Shown piece after piece: positions 44,826 to 53,648 of a stretch of DNA of 64,000 nt. A program made the translations under genes and the position numbers. Every line of letters begins with the position of its first letter. The first letter of the stretch is position 1. The notes beneath the pieces were generated by a model. It had not been told where the DNA came from. It saw nothing but the letters and a program-made list of their open reading frames with translations, and did not search any database. The stretch spans positions 12,696-76,695 of the forward strand of contig JBBAWA010000001.1 in NCBI GenBank assembly GCA_040397425.1. Reading direction: 5' to 3'. The stretch is from Candidatus Methylacidiphilales bacterium (GTDB taxonomy: Bacteria; Verrucomicrobiota; Verrucomicrobiia; Methylacidiphilales; Verrucolacustridaceae).

Positions 44826-46552
44826 CAAGGGGACTTGTACGAGCCAATAATTTTTCGGACTTGACCGACAAGGATCAGGCCGTTACAAATCTTGGCCTAT
44901 CTTCCGTTGATTATGCCGCCTTAAAAGGACTCTATACCACGGCAGGAATTGATTTTGCCGTGATTGGCGAGATTGGCAATAGCCAAGGCAACTATCAAGC
45001 ACAACTTGATGGCCTGTCCAGCACTTTTTCTGGTATCGTCCTGTCAGGCTATGTTAATCGCTCTGGCAATAGCGCCATTACTGGTAACTGGTCCCATAGT
45101 GGCATTATTGATGTTGTGAGCGGCCTGCCCAGCGGTTATCCAGCCTCAACGGACAGCCTGTTTTCCCTTTCCATTGAAAACGGAGAGGCAGTTATTGTTG
45201 CATCTGGATTGATTGCAAGTGGACTATCGTATAATGGAGTGAGACAATCAAGCTCAACCGTACAACGAGCACTTCCACCAAGCGGCTTTAGTCCATTGCA
45301 TTTGATTCCTTTACAAGTTGGTGGCCAAGGGTATTTCGCGGAAGCGGGAGAAAGCCCTAGCTTTCATATTGCCCCGGCTCGACTTGGCCATGCTCTTGAC
45401 CTAGTTACTGGCAATTTGCTCGGCAGCTACAACTCAGCGGCCCCGGCAATGGCGGTCGGGCCTGGCGGGATGCTGTTCACCCCAGCAGCGAATGCGCCGG
45501 TCATTGAGTACGACCCCGCGACGCTGTCATGCCTGGGAACGAGGATCTGGGGGGTGGTGGCGAATCTTAGGCCATACTCTGAGGACATTCAAGCCACTCC
45601 TGCAACACCGGACTACAGCGGCACAAATGCCACTCTTGTTCGCCAATCAACAACGACGCCAATTCAAGGACTGGGACAAGCAACAAAGTTGGCACTTAAT
45701 ACTGGCGCGAATACTGGCAACTCAACCGACGGTATGACGTTCGGATTTGGCGTAACTTTATCCGCAACCACCGTTTACACTCAAAGCATTTTCGCTAGAC
45801 CGGCAGGATCTAACATCCTGCGATTGCGCAGTAACCTCTCGGGCCAGGTATTCGACATTCCGATCGCAGGACCAGCGCCATCGCCAACGGGGGCAATCAC
45901 TGCCTGCACTGTTCAGACTGGCTATGCGAATGGCTGGTCGCGGATTTCGTGGACATTTACAACAACGACCGGCGCTCCTGGCGCAAGGGCTGACTACTGG
46001 ACGCTGAAAACCGACGTTGCAAACAGCAGCGATGGCATCTGGCTAACCGGCGCCCAACTCAACACCGGCCTGATTGCACCCTACGTCCCAACCACCACAA
46101 CCGCCGCCAGCAGCACCGCCGATGTGTGGTCAATCACGGGCGCGGATTTCAACAGGATCTGGAATCAGGCGCAGGGCACTATTTATGGTGATGGCTCTTC
46201 TTCATCATCCGGTCCATTCCTTGTCGCCCGAGCCACGACCACCTTTAATGATCGCATACAGTTTTGCTTAAACAACCTGCAGTCTGCTGTTGTTTTCGGC
46301 GGAGAAATACAATACCTCTCAGGAATTGGCACTGGCAAGCGAGCAATGGCGTTTGCTGCAAACGACTTTGCGCAGCAGATCCAGGGACAGGCGATCAATA
46401 CAGATTCTGCCGGCGCGGTTCCATCTGTTGATTACATAACGATTGGGCGCTTTGATGCTGGTGGCCTAGAGTTTTTCAACGGCTACATCCGCGAGCTTGC
46501 GATTTTCCGCAGCCGTCGGCCTAACGCCAATCTCCAAGCGCTGACAACATGA
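44822..46552 (+). CDS. Fibre / spike protein (chimeric)
   Basis: GLVRANNFSDL N-terminus; NGWSRI, GAQL..G...PYVPTT in C-terminal part. Confidence 0.8.
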   Translation: MTRGLVRANNFSDLTDKDQAVTNLGLSSVDYAALKGLYTTAGIDFAVIGEIGNSQGNYQAQLDGLSSTFSGIVLSGYVNRSGNSAITGNWSHSGIIDVVSGLPSGYPASTDSLFSLSIENGEAVIVASGLIASGLSYNGVRQSSSTVQRALPPSGFSPLHLIPLQVGGQGYFAEAGESPSFHIAPARLGHALDLVTGNLLGSYNSAAPAMAVGPGGMLFTPAANAPVIEYDPATLSCLGTRIWGVVANLRPYSEDIQATPATPDYSGTNATLVRQSTTTPIQGLGQATKLALNTGANTGNSTDGMTFGFGVTLSATTVYTQSIFARPAGSNILRLRSNLSGQVFDIPIAGPAPSPTGAITACTVQTGYANGWSRISWTFTTTTGAPGARADYWTLKTDVANSSDGIWLTGAQLNTGLIAPYVPTTTTAASSTADVWSITGADFNRIWNQAQGTIYGDGSSSSSGPFLVARATTTFNDRIQFCLNNLQSAVVFGGEIQYLSGIGTGKRAMAFAANDFAQQIQGQAINTDSAGAVPSVDYITIGRFDAGGLEFFNGYIRELAIFRSRRPNANLQALTT

Positions 46553-46935
46553 GCCACTATTTCACGCTACATTTCGCCTCAGAAGAAGATGCCATTCAAG
46601 CCGTGGCAGGCTTAAACTTGCTGCCATTGGAAACAAATGATGGCACTCCAACTGAACTGCCAGACTCAATAGTCATCTCTCAAGCCGGAGGGCGCTTACT
46701 TGGAGCGGCTCGTATCATCTCTGGTGTTGCTATTCCCGGCGAATACAACCCCGAAACTCAAGAGGAAATTAAACCGCCTATTCCTATTCTTGGTACGTTT
46801 GTAGATATTGTCCTCAACCGCAACATCCTTCCATCGCAACTCAAGCCCTATCGCGTGCCTTATGGCAGTGCAGGACACGTTTGGGCTAATAGCACGATGG
46901 AGGAAGGGGCATGGCCTCCCTCTTGCCTCGGCTAA
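46549..46935 (+). CDS. Fibre-associated small protein (chaperone-like)
   Basis: L.F..EE.A motif shared with 47475. Confidence 0.7.
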   Translation: MSHYFTLHFASEEDAIQAVAGLNLLPLETNDGTPTELPDSIVISQAGGRLLGAARIISGVAIPGEYNPETQEEIKPPIPILGTFVDIVLNRNILPSQLKPYRVPYGSAGHVWANSTMEEGAWPPSCLG

Positions 46936-46959
46936 CATAAACAAAACAGGGTTTGCATC

Positions 46960-47475
46960 ATGCTTCGCACTAGAAACGGAGAACAACTAGAGCGCCAGCT
47001 AATGACCAGCGATGGTCAAGAAGCAAGGATCGCTTTTAGTCGTCCTGGCACTACTTTCACTTATTCTGGCAACGTTGTCGTTGGTTCTACCGCCTCTGGT
47101 GTATTTGAAGTGGTGACGAGCGGCGAAGCGAACATGAGTTTGTTCGTGACCAATGCTCGCGTAAAAATGGTCCGTAGCGGTGTGCCATCGGGGTATTCAG
47201 CAATGCGACTGCATTGGTTCAATGCTGCACCATCAGGTATTAACGATGGATCGGCGCTAGTGGTGAGCAGTGGCGATAGCGAAAAGTACAAAGGCTACAG
47301 CGACCTCATTGGTGTAGTAGATTTGGGACAAACGATTGTATCTCAAGGCGCTTTGCTGAATAAGCAGATCTTGCTCAACAGTCCTTCGGTGTGGCTGGCC
47401 CTCACTCCTGGCACGGTGTTTGCTGCAGCCTCTGGTACGCCTTATCAAGTGGAACTTGACTACTTTGTAGTTTGA
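46960..47475 (+). CDS. Virion structural protein
   Basis: Beta-rich, Ser-Gly-rich; RLH.FN..PS.INDG. Confidence 0.7.
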   Translation: MLRTRNGEQLERQLMTSDGQEARIAFSRPGTTFTYSGNVVVGSTASGVFEVVTSGEANMSLFVTNARVKMVRSGVPSGYSAMRLHWFNAAPSGINDGSALVVSSGDSEKYKGYSDLIGVVDLGQTIVSQGALLNKQILLNSPSVWLALTPGTVFAAASGTPYQVELDYFVV

Positions 47476-47753
47476 TGGAAGATCAATACTGGCGGTTTGC
47501 TACTGAGTCGGAAGCCATTGGCGCCTTAATGCAAGCCAGGGTTATTGCTAGCGGCTCTACTGCCGCCACGGTTGGCGTCTTGGATTTTGTGGGGACGATT
47601 GCTTATGGCGGAAAGTTTGACTGCGAAGCTCGACGTTTGACTTCCCCTCCATTGGCCTTTTCTGGCTATCACGTTAATTATCGTGGGCCAGTCGTAGCAG
47701 GTCTCGCTAAGTATCGCGTGTTTCCCTCTGCTCCATCGCGGAAGTTTGCATAA
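47475..47753 (+). CDS. Fibre-associated small protein
   Basis: RF.TE.EA...GYHVN...P..P.R.FA. Confidence 0.7.
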   Translation: MEDQYWRFATESEAIGALMQARVIASGSTAATVGVLDFVGTIAYGGKFDCEARRLTSPPLAFSGYHVNYRGPVVAGLAKYRVFPSAPSRKFA

Positions 47754-48091
47754 TGGAACCAGCCTGCTTTCCAATCACCATCACTCAAGGCGCCACTTTT
47801 GATTTGGAAGTGGCGTGGCAAGATTCCAATGGAATTGGTATCAACATGTCAGGCTGGACGCTAAAAGCTGATCTTTACAATCGCCTTGGCACGCAAAAGC
47901 TCGCCTCCTTTGTTTTGCCATGGTCCAATCAAGCCAGTGGTATTTTTAGGCTCACCATGGCAGCCAGCACTACAAGTGGCATTACTGAAAACGGCCAATA
48001 CGATGTTTTTGCCACTGATCCATCTGGGCGAGTGTATTGCCCCCTAGAGGGTTCTGCCCATCTCAATCCCAGCCTTTCGTTTCGGCCATGA
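47753..48091 (+). CDS. Virion structural protein (BppU-N-like)
   Basis: ITI.QGATF...W.D..G..IN.SG.T...YD......LEG. Confidence 0.75.
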   Translation: MEPACFPITITQGATFDLEVAWQDSNGIGINMSGWTLKADLYNRLGTQKLASFVLPWSNQASGIFRLTMAASTTSGITENGQYDVFATDPSGRVYCPLEGSAHLNPSLSFRP

Positions 48092-48606
48092 CTATCATTG
48101 CTAACGTTACAAACAACAGCGTAGTATTGCGGGAGCCAGGGCCTGCTGGTGCTCAAGGGATACCGGGATCCAGCGTTAGGTATCAAGCGCAAATTATTCA
48201 CCTTCCCATTGTTACAATTTCCGGCATAGTGCAAAACGTTTATAGCCCAGTAGTTATGAGTGGTACGTTTGATTCAGGAGTGGCCAGTGGTATTGTTGTA
48301 GGATCAGGTTTTAGCTTGCGCAATAACACTAACGCCACGCTCATTTTCAATGCTAGTGCAGTAGCGGAAGCCACTGCTCACAACAACGAAAACCTAGGCT
48401 TGCGCCTCACAAAGAATGGTGTCACTATTGCCAATAGTGAAACTGGTGCTCACGTTAGCAATTCAAGTGCTGCGTCTTTGCTGATTGTCCCATCCTTTTA
48501 CTTGGAGCTTGCCCATGGCCATGAAGTGGGATTGGCCGTGACCAATTTTTCGGCTAACGTCAACATTAGCCTGCAGCGAACACGGCTAACCCTTAGCGCT
48601 CAATAA
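48088..48606 (+). CDS. Virion protein with short collagen-like stretch and C1q/TNF-like C-terminus
   Basis: PGPAGAQGIPG followed by beta-sandwich-like sequence. Confidence 0.65.
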   Translation: MTIIANVTNNSVVLREPGPAGAQGIPGSSVRYQAQIIHLPIVTISGIVQNVYSPVVMSGTFDSGVASGIVVGSGFSLRNNTNATLIFNASAVAEATAHNNENLGLRLTKNGVTIANSETGAHVSNSSAASLLIVPSFYLELAHGHEVGLAVTNFSANVNISLQRTRLTLSAQ

Positions 48607-49310
48607 TCCCAGCGCACGCGAGGACGACCGGGCCTAATGCCAAGGTGGACAAAGCCTTTCGGCGCACCATAGCCCAGGCTGTAAGGCCAGTTGCTATCGC
48701 ACCAATCTTGCACAGCGTAAATACTCTTACCAGTTACGAGGAAATCAACTGCGCCAGTGTCCGGGGCATCGTAAAGGTGTTCAGACTGGCTGGCTCCTCC
48801 AACGGCACGATTGATGGCCGGAGGGCGATAACCTGATGTGATCTCGATGGGCGCACCAAACTCAGCCCGCACTTTCTCTAAGAACTCAGCAATCAATCGC
48901 GCTGTGGCACATTGATGACTGGCCACGAATCGTCTTGCTTCTTGATACAATGCAAACTCGCCATAGGTGACATGAGGCGTGATTTGCATGGTGAAGGGGC
49001 TGGACGGCACAAAGGCTGCAGGAGCCGCCTGGGGCGGGGCTGGGGGCTTGGGCAGCCCCTGACTCCATAGATCTCCCTCTACTGCCCTACGACTCCTCAG
49101 GCCAGCCTCTGTGGGCGTACCCGGATTCACATAAAGAGCCATTGCCGCTTGCTTACCAGCACTGGACCATGTAGCAAACCATGGCTGTCTCCTGTCCATT
49201 GGATCAGAAACGCCTTGAGCTAGCGCTTCATCAAGCTCTACAAGGGCTGCATCTTGAAGAGGCAGCCCTTTATAGAACCGGACAATATCACGCACCAATA
49301 CCCGAGACAT
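48600..49310 (-). CDS. Endolysin, peptidase M15A (Zn D-Ala-D-Ala peptidase), with lysozyme remnant
   Basis: ITSGYRP..IN.AVGGA.QSEH, AVDF, FVHL. Confidence 0.88.
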   Translation of the reverse strand: MSRVLVRDIVRFYKGLPLQDAALVELDEALAQGVSDPMDRRQPWFATWSSAGKQAAMALYVNPGTPTEAGLRSRRAVEGDLWSQGLPKPPAPPQAAPAAFVPSSPFTMQITPHVTYGEFALYQEARRFVASHQCATARLIAEFLEKVRAEFGAPIEITSGYRPPAINRAVGGASQSEHLYDAPDTGAVDFLVTGKSIYAVQDWCDSNWPYSLGYGAPKGFVHLGIRPGRPRVRWDY

Positions 49311-49456
49311 CAGCGGCGATAGGGGGCGAACAGGGCTTTGGCAATAGCGATGATCAATTCCACTTGCGAATTAGGCTTGATCGGCAGAATTGCAATGATG
49401 GTTTCAATGGCGCCAACAATTACAGCGCCAATGGCCATATACTCAAGGGCAGTCAT
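49310..49456 (-). CDS. Putative holin (48 aa; not in ORF track)
   Basis: MTALEYMAIGAVIVGAIETIIAILPIKPNSQVELIIAIAKALFAPYRR; stop overlaps endolysin ATG. Confidence 0.65.
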   Translation of the reverse strand: MTALEYMAIGAVIVGAIETIIAILPIKPNSQVELIIAIAKALFAPYRR

Positions 49457-49480
49457 TAGAAAAACGCAACTACCAATAGC

Positions 49481-49732
49481 TTAGCGCCTAATCTCCAAGA
49501 TTCGCACTCGATCTATTAAGTTATCAACGTCAGCAGAATCAGCCTTGCCATCCACCCTGCCAGTCAAGGCGTCTACGAGCTTCGTGATTGTTTCGATTTG
49601 CGTGTTGATTCTGACTTGCTGTTGTCCCACAGCAATTAAAGTGCCACCACTAGCCAACAAAATGGCTGCCGTGACAGTGCTTGTCAAGGAGCTTAGCCAT
49701 TCCTGCCATGACTTGTCGGTAGGGTCTGCCAT
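49481..49732 (-). CDS. Membrane-anchored coiled-coil protein (lysis module)
   Basis: One hydrophobic segment plus coiled coil ending DRVRILE. Confidence 0.65.
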   Translation of the reverse strand: MADPTDKSWQEWLSSLTSTVTAAILLASGGTLIAVGQQQVRINTQIETITKLVDALTGRVDGKADSADVDNLIDRVRILEIRR

Positions 49733-49812
49733 TGCCGCATTTCCATTCCTCCATTCTATCTGAAAGTTGCCCTTTAACTTTGCTGTAGGCTAGGGGCAGT
49801 GGCGAGGATTCA

Positions 49813-50262
49813 ATGGAAGTGGCCTACCACCCTGACGATTTGCTCAACAACTTGATTGAACTTCGTTCAGGTGATGCCCGCAAGCGATTCCGCAAGGCTA
49901 TTTTTGACGACTACCCCTTACGTGGTCCATTGGGCCATGGCTGTTGCGCTTATTGCGGCAAGTGGAATGAAAAGCTAACACTAGATCACGTCATTCCCAA
50001 AAGCAAAGGAGGCCCTCATTATTCTCGCTATAACCTCGTGCCTGCTTGCAATCGCTGCAACGTAATCAAAGCCAGTGATGACGTGTTGCAGTTTTGGCGC
50101 CCTCAAGAATGGTGGTCGGCTGAAAGGGAAGCCATTTTGTTTCGATGGGTGATGGTCAATTCTTGGATGGCCGGACGACTGGCGGAGGCAGACAGCCTGC
50201 CTCCAGCGCAGCCACTAATCATTCCATTCCCTGTTCCGCCATTTGATCAATTAAGCGATTGA
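49813..50262 (+). CDS. HNH endonuclease
   Basis: CAYCG, TLDHVIPKSKGG, NLVPACNRCN..K. Confidence 0.92.
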   Translation: MEVAYHPDDLLNNLIELRSGDARKRFRKAIFDDYPLRGPLGHGCCAYCGKWNEKLTLDHVIPKSKGGPHYSRYNLVPACNRCNVIKASDDVLQFWRPQEWWSAEREAILFRWVMVNSWMAGRLAEADSLPPAQPLIIPFPVPPFDQLSD

Positions 50263-50455
50263 GGTACCAACGTGCTTTTTCTGCATCTTGCTTTGGCTTG
50301 CCTTTATACCAAAGCCTTAGAAGGTACTTCAGGACCTGGCCGTGGAGGAAAGCTAGGTTGGCCAAGGGGGCGACTTTGATTGCATCTTCGATTGTGATAA
50401 TTGCCTCTTGAGAGCCTTGCTTGTAGTGGCTGGGATGATTGACGGGATCGCTCAT
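50219..50455 (-). CDS. DUF3310 family protein
   Basis: DPVNHPSHY...KYL.R...K...D.EKA.WYL. Confidence 0.9.
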   Translation of the reverse strand: MSDPVNHPSHYKQGSQEAIITIEDAIKVAPLANLAFLHGQVLKYLLRLWYKGKPKQDAEKARWYLNRLIDQMAEQGME

Positions 50456-50459
50456 GGAA

Positions 50460-51173
50460 TCAGACGTTGATGGGGGTGTTGGCCACAAGGGCAAAAACGT
50501 GGGGGAATCGAGACGCGGCAAGTTCTGTGAGGGCTTTGGCATACTGTTGAATTTCGTACTGAGCACCATCTTCTTGACGTAGGGCAATGAAATGCAGCAG
50601 TGCTTGCAGGGAGCAAGTCCAAGTGAAACTTGTGTAGAGACATGCTGGCAGTACAGCGCGAGCCTGTTCTTTTGCTACCCCCATTTCAATGAGATTAACG
50701 TAGCTTTCAACAGCAATACCAACGGCACGACTATAAAGAGCACTCGCTTTGTGTTGCGCGTCGATTTCACCATTGCTTGCCTGCTTATTGTTTGTGGATT
50801 GAGCACGAAACACCAATGGTGCATAGTATTCGTTGTCCTTTGCTTGACAGTAGCGAAAGCTCTTTTCATTCCAGCCAAGTTGATCATCAACATAAGTGCA
50901 GGCAACAACGTGCTTCCACCATTGACGGGCAATGAATAGCGGCGCCTTAACATGAAAGCGCAAAACACTTCCTCGCAATGGGGAAGTGTGGTTATTGGTT
51001 AGAAGGAATGCAAGAAGCCCCTGCTCCCTTTCCCCAAAGTGTTGCGAATGACGATCATAGCTTTGCTTGGCATCATTCACAATCGCCAGGTCATCCCCCA
51101 TAGCGTCAAGCAGTTCCACCTTGCCGATACCGTCTCCAAGCGGAAAACGCTGGCTTAACCCTTCACTAGCCAT
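50460..51173 (-). CDS. thyX: FAD-dependent thymidylate synthase
   Basis: HTSP, PLFIARQWWKH, WNEKSFRY, EQARAVLP, AQYEI. Confidence 0.93.
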   Translation of the reverse strand: MASEGLSQRFPLGDGIGKVELLDAMGDDLAIVNDAKQSYDRHSQHFGEREQGLLAFLLTNNHTSPLRGSVLRFHVKAPLFIARQWWKHVVACTYVDDQLGWNEKSFRYCQAKDNEYYAPLVFRAQSTNNKQASNGEIDAQHKASALYSRAVGIAVESYVNLIEMGVAKEQARAVLPACLYTSFTWTCSLQALLHFIALRQEDGAQYEIQQYAKALTELAASRFPHVFALVANTPINV

Positions 51174-51508
51174 AGAGGCCGAATGCGTTGCAAAGGCACA
51201 ATAGCACTAATTCCCACTCCATTGCTCCATCTGACCGTGGCACAACGCCTATTCCCGTGTTTCCCCAGCCCTTCCAGCGTGCCTTCAATGGCAGTGGCCA
51301 TCCATCCTGCGGCAGTCCACTTCACCATCACTACAGCCTCTCCTGGCGTCCACTGGTAGCCCTTGGGTGATGGCGGGAGGTAGTGGCGGCGGGCAATCCA
51401 CCCATCCGGTTTCGGTCCCCCCGCATTATCCACATGCTCAATTCTGTAGCAATAATGTGCCCTTCTGTCTAGCCTAGTCGTGTAGACCAAGCGTTTCTCA
51501 ATCATCAT
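51155..51508 (-). CDS. Hypothetical protein (SH3/KOW-like C-terminus)
   Basis: WTPGE.V...V.W...VP..RIRP. Confidence 0.6.
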   Translation of the reverse strand: MMIEKRLVYTTRLDRRAHYCYRIEHVDNAGGPKPDGWIARRHYLPPSPKGYQWTPGEAVVMVKWTAAGWMATAIEGTLEGLGKHGNRRCATVRWSNGVGISAIVPLQRIRPLWLVKG

Positions 51509-51563
51509 GGCCTTTACGTTTCCCGTTGTGGCTAGTTACAATGGCCGCAAGCTTCTAATTACC

Positions 51564-51860
51564 ATGGGTCCCTTTGATCACACCGTCGAACGCGAGTTTT
51601 CCTTGGCCGCAGCCAAGACCGCAGTGGATAATTGCACTGACTTTAACGGCTTGAAGCAAAAAACCAAGGATCTCGTTGATGCCTATGGCGCTTTGCAAAC
51701 TGCTTTTCAAGGGCTGATGCTTGAAAACATCAGGTTTCGCCAGACGATTGAATCACAGGCTGCTGATCTAGTGGCGGCAGATGCTCTACTCCAGGAATGT
51801 GCTTCCCGGAACGGCTCAGGATGGTGGCGGCAATTAGCTCGTACCATCTTCGCTCGCTAA
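51564..51860 (+). CDS. NblA-like phycobilisome degradation protein (candidate)
   Basis: HTVEREFSL...TAVDN...K....L.......FQGL aligns by eye with the NblA pattern LSLEQQFSI...TQVQN...K....L......YQEL; alternative start 51507. Confidence 0.5.
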   Translation: MGPFDHTVEREFSLAAAKTAVDNCTDFNGLKQKTKDLVDAYGALQTAFQGLMLENIRFRQTIESQAADLVAADALLQECASRNGSGWWRQLARTIFAR

Positions 51861-52206
51861 CCATTCGTGGCGTAACCAAAAAGATTACCCATCCATCAGC
51901 AAATGCCAAGTTGTACTTAATGGCATCACGCTCATAGCCCATCCCCTGTACGTGGCGGCCTCCTGTATAGATGCCGCCTTGAATCTCAATTCCAACTTTG
52001 CTTTCTTCGTGAGCAAAGTCTAAGCGATAGCGACGGCTGCGTTTACTTTTCCTTAATCTTTGTGCATAGTCATCCTCCCATGTTGGAATGTCGTCAAACT
52101 CACTCAGTAGAGGAATGGTAGGGAAGTTGTAAGTCCATGCGCCCCAAAACTTTCGCTCTAAAGAACTTGCCTTGCTAGGTAGTGTCGGAGAGTTTTGCCT
52201 GGGCAC
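51730..52206 (-). CDS. Vsr/DUF559-like PD-(D/E)XK endonuclease
   Basis: RYRLDFA, IEIQGG....GRH, D..KYN.A...GW. Confidence 0.85.
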   Translation of the reverse strand: MPRQNSPTLPSKASSLERKFWGAWTYNFPTIPLLSEFDDIPTWEDDYAQRLRKSKRSRRYRLDFAHEESKVGIEIQGGIYTGGRHVQGMGYERDAIKYNLAFADGWVIFLVTPRMVSERRWYELIAATILSRSGKHIPGVEHLPPLDQQPVIQSSGET

Positions 52207-52234
52207 GGGCTGCAAATAACTTCTTGATAGTCTA

Positions 52235-52260
52235 AACAAAAAGAGGGCCAGAGGCCCTCA
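52235..52260 (-). terminator. Rho-independent terminator after dcd
   Basis: Minus strand GAGGGCC-TCT-GGCCCTC-TTTTTGTTT. Confidence 0.7.
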
Positions 52261-52274
52261 GTCATCACTTGCTT

Positions 52275-52856
52275 TTAGACCGTGGCTACCATCAGCGACT
52301 TTGCGCCCTGATACTGCCCCTCATACGGCTTTGCCACTTCTCCGCAATCGGCCATTACGATCTGTGCAATGCCTTCATTGGCCCAAATCCGGGCAAACAT
52401 TGGCGTGGGGTTGACAATCGAAATCGTCAAGTGGCCACACCATCCCGGCTCGATGGGCGTGATATTGGCAATGATGCCAAGGCGGGCATAGGTGGACTTG
52501 CCGAAACCAAACGCCATGACGTGTGTGGGCATGGTGAATAGTTCCACAGAAGCCCCCAAAGCCGAACAATGGGGAGGCAGCCAGAAAAAGCTCCCTTCAT
52601 CGGTGGTTTGCAGTTCTGCCGTGACTGGCTGAATCATGTGCCCAAGCTTGGGGCACAAAAACACCGGATGATCCTCCGGGGGCGTAAAGACAAGAAACCG
52701 CTCAGGGGACAACGTGATGTCATAGCCCGCTTGGCTCAGGCCAAAAGATACTGCCTTTTGCCCATTGTCATTCGTGCGCCGCTTCTCCCCATAGAAAGGA
52801 AAGAACACATCCTTGTCGTTCTGCAAGACCTGCAGGGCTTTGTCGTTGTAGATCAT
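52275..52856 (-). CDS. dcd: dCTP deaminase
   Basis: SFGLSQAGYD, GKSTYARLG, TPIEPGWCG, ANEGIAQ, YQG. Confidence 0.93.
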   Translation of the reverse strand: MIYNDKALQVLQNDKDVFFPFYGEKRRTNDNGQKAVSFGLSQAGYDITLSPERFLVFTPPEDHPVFLCPKLGHMIQPVTAELQTTDEGSFFWLPPHCSALGASVELFTMPTHVMAFGFGKSTYARLGIIANITPIEPGWCGHLTISIVNPTPMFARIWANEGIAQIVMADCGEVAKPYEGQYQGAKSLMVATV

Positions 52857-52865
52857 GATGAAGAA

Positions 52866-53276
52866 TTAAAGACTTTGGACTTTGTGCTTAAACTCAACCC
52901 ATTCGGGCTCATGATAGTAGTGGCTGCCTTTGCGCATTTCGTCGTCCATTACATAGTCTTTGGCTTCCTGCAAGGACGAAAACCAACGAACGCCATTCTC
53001 AAGGCTGTTGATCAATTCATCAATTTCGGCGTAAGTTCCGCAAGCCTGCAAAGCATCGCAAGCACAGCATGATCCATAGCTGAAAACTAAAAAGCCAAAG
53101 CCTTTGGCGTCGTCTTGAAGGATTGCAACTGTGTCGCCTTGGTAGTAGCCAATGTCTGCCTCTGCCAGGACTTCCCCAAAACTGTGGATGATCGGATGGT
53201 AGTCTGCTACGGAAGGAAACTCGCCGCAATAATCGCGAGGGTACAGGGCTTCTGCTCGACTCATGGTTTCTGTCAT
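52866..53276 (-). CDS. Hypothetical phage protein
   Basis: YQGD...YGSC..CD motif. Confidence 0.75.
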   Translation of the reverse strand: MTETMSRAEALYPRDYCGEFPSVADYHPIIHSFGEVLAEADIGYYQGDTVAILQDDAKGFGFLVFSYGSCCACDALQACGTYAEIDELINSLENGVRWFSSLQEAKDYVMDDEMRKGSHYYHEPEWVEFKHKVQSL

Positions 53277-53357
53277 GGTGAAGGAATTGGGGAAAGGAGG
53301 GCCACTGCAATGCACAATGCAAGAAACAGCCCTCCCACTACAAAACGGGCGGCTAGA

Positions 53358-53603
53358 TCAAAAAGCGTCGCTTTCGTCATTCACCCACATGGAGACATAG
53401 CCCTTGCCTTGGGTTGCATCCCGGTCTCCCTTGATTTTCACACTGCCAGTGTGAGAAGGGGAGTTGTCGCTACGACGCTCACGAGCTTCCCAACAGGCGA
53501 AGTCTAGGCTGTAGCGACCACGCTCGTTAGGGCCTTTGGCTTTGAGCGCGTTGAGGATTTCGGGCGTCAGGTCGATTGCGCCACTGTACGGAGGACGAGC
53601 CAT
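53358..53603 (-). CDS. Small ssDNA-binding-like protein
   Basis: Follows exonuclease; SPSHTGSVK; acidic/aromatic end ESDAF. Confidence 0.55.
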   Translation of the reverse strand: MARPPYSGAIDLTPEILNALKAKGPNERGRYSLDFACWEARERRSDNSPSHTGSVKIKGDRDATQGKGYVSMWVNDESDAF

Positions 53604-53648
53604 TTTCTTGGTTGGTGAGAAAGTGCCTTGCGGCTCGCCAATCGTAGC

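Noticed and set aside
40578-48606. Diversity-generating retroelement or invertase-based fibre switching
   Set aside because: No reverse transcriptase, recombinase, template/variable repeat pair or inverted repeats noticed.
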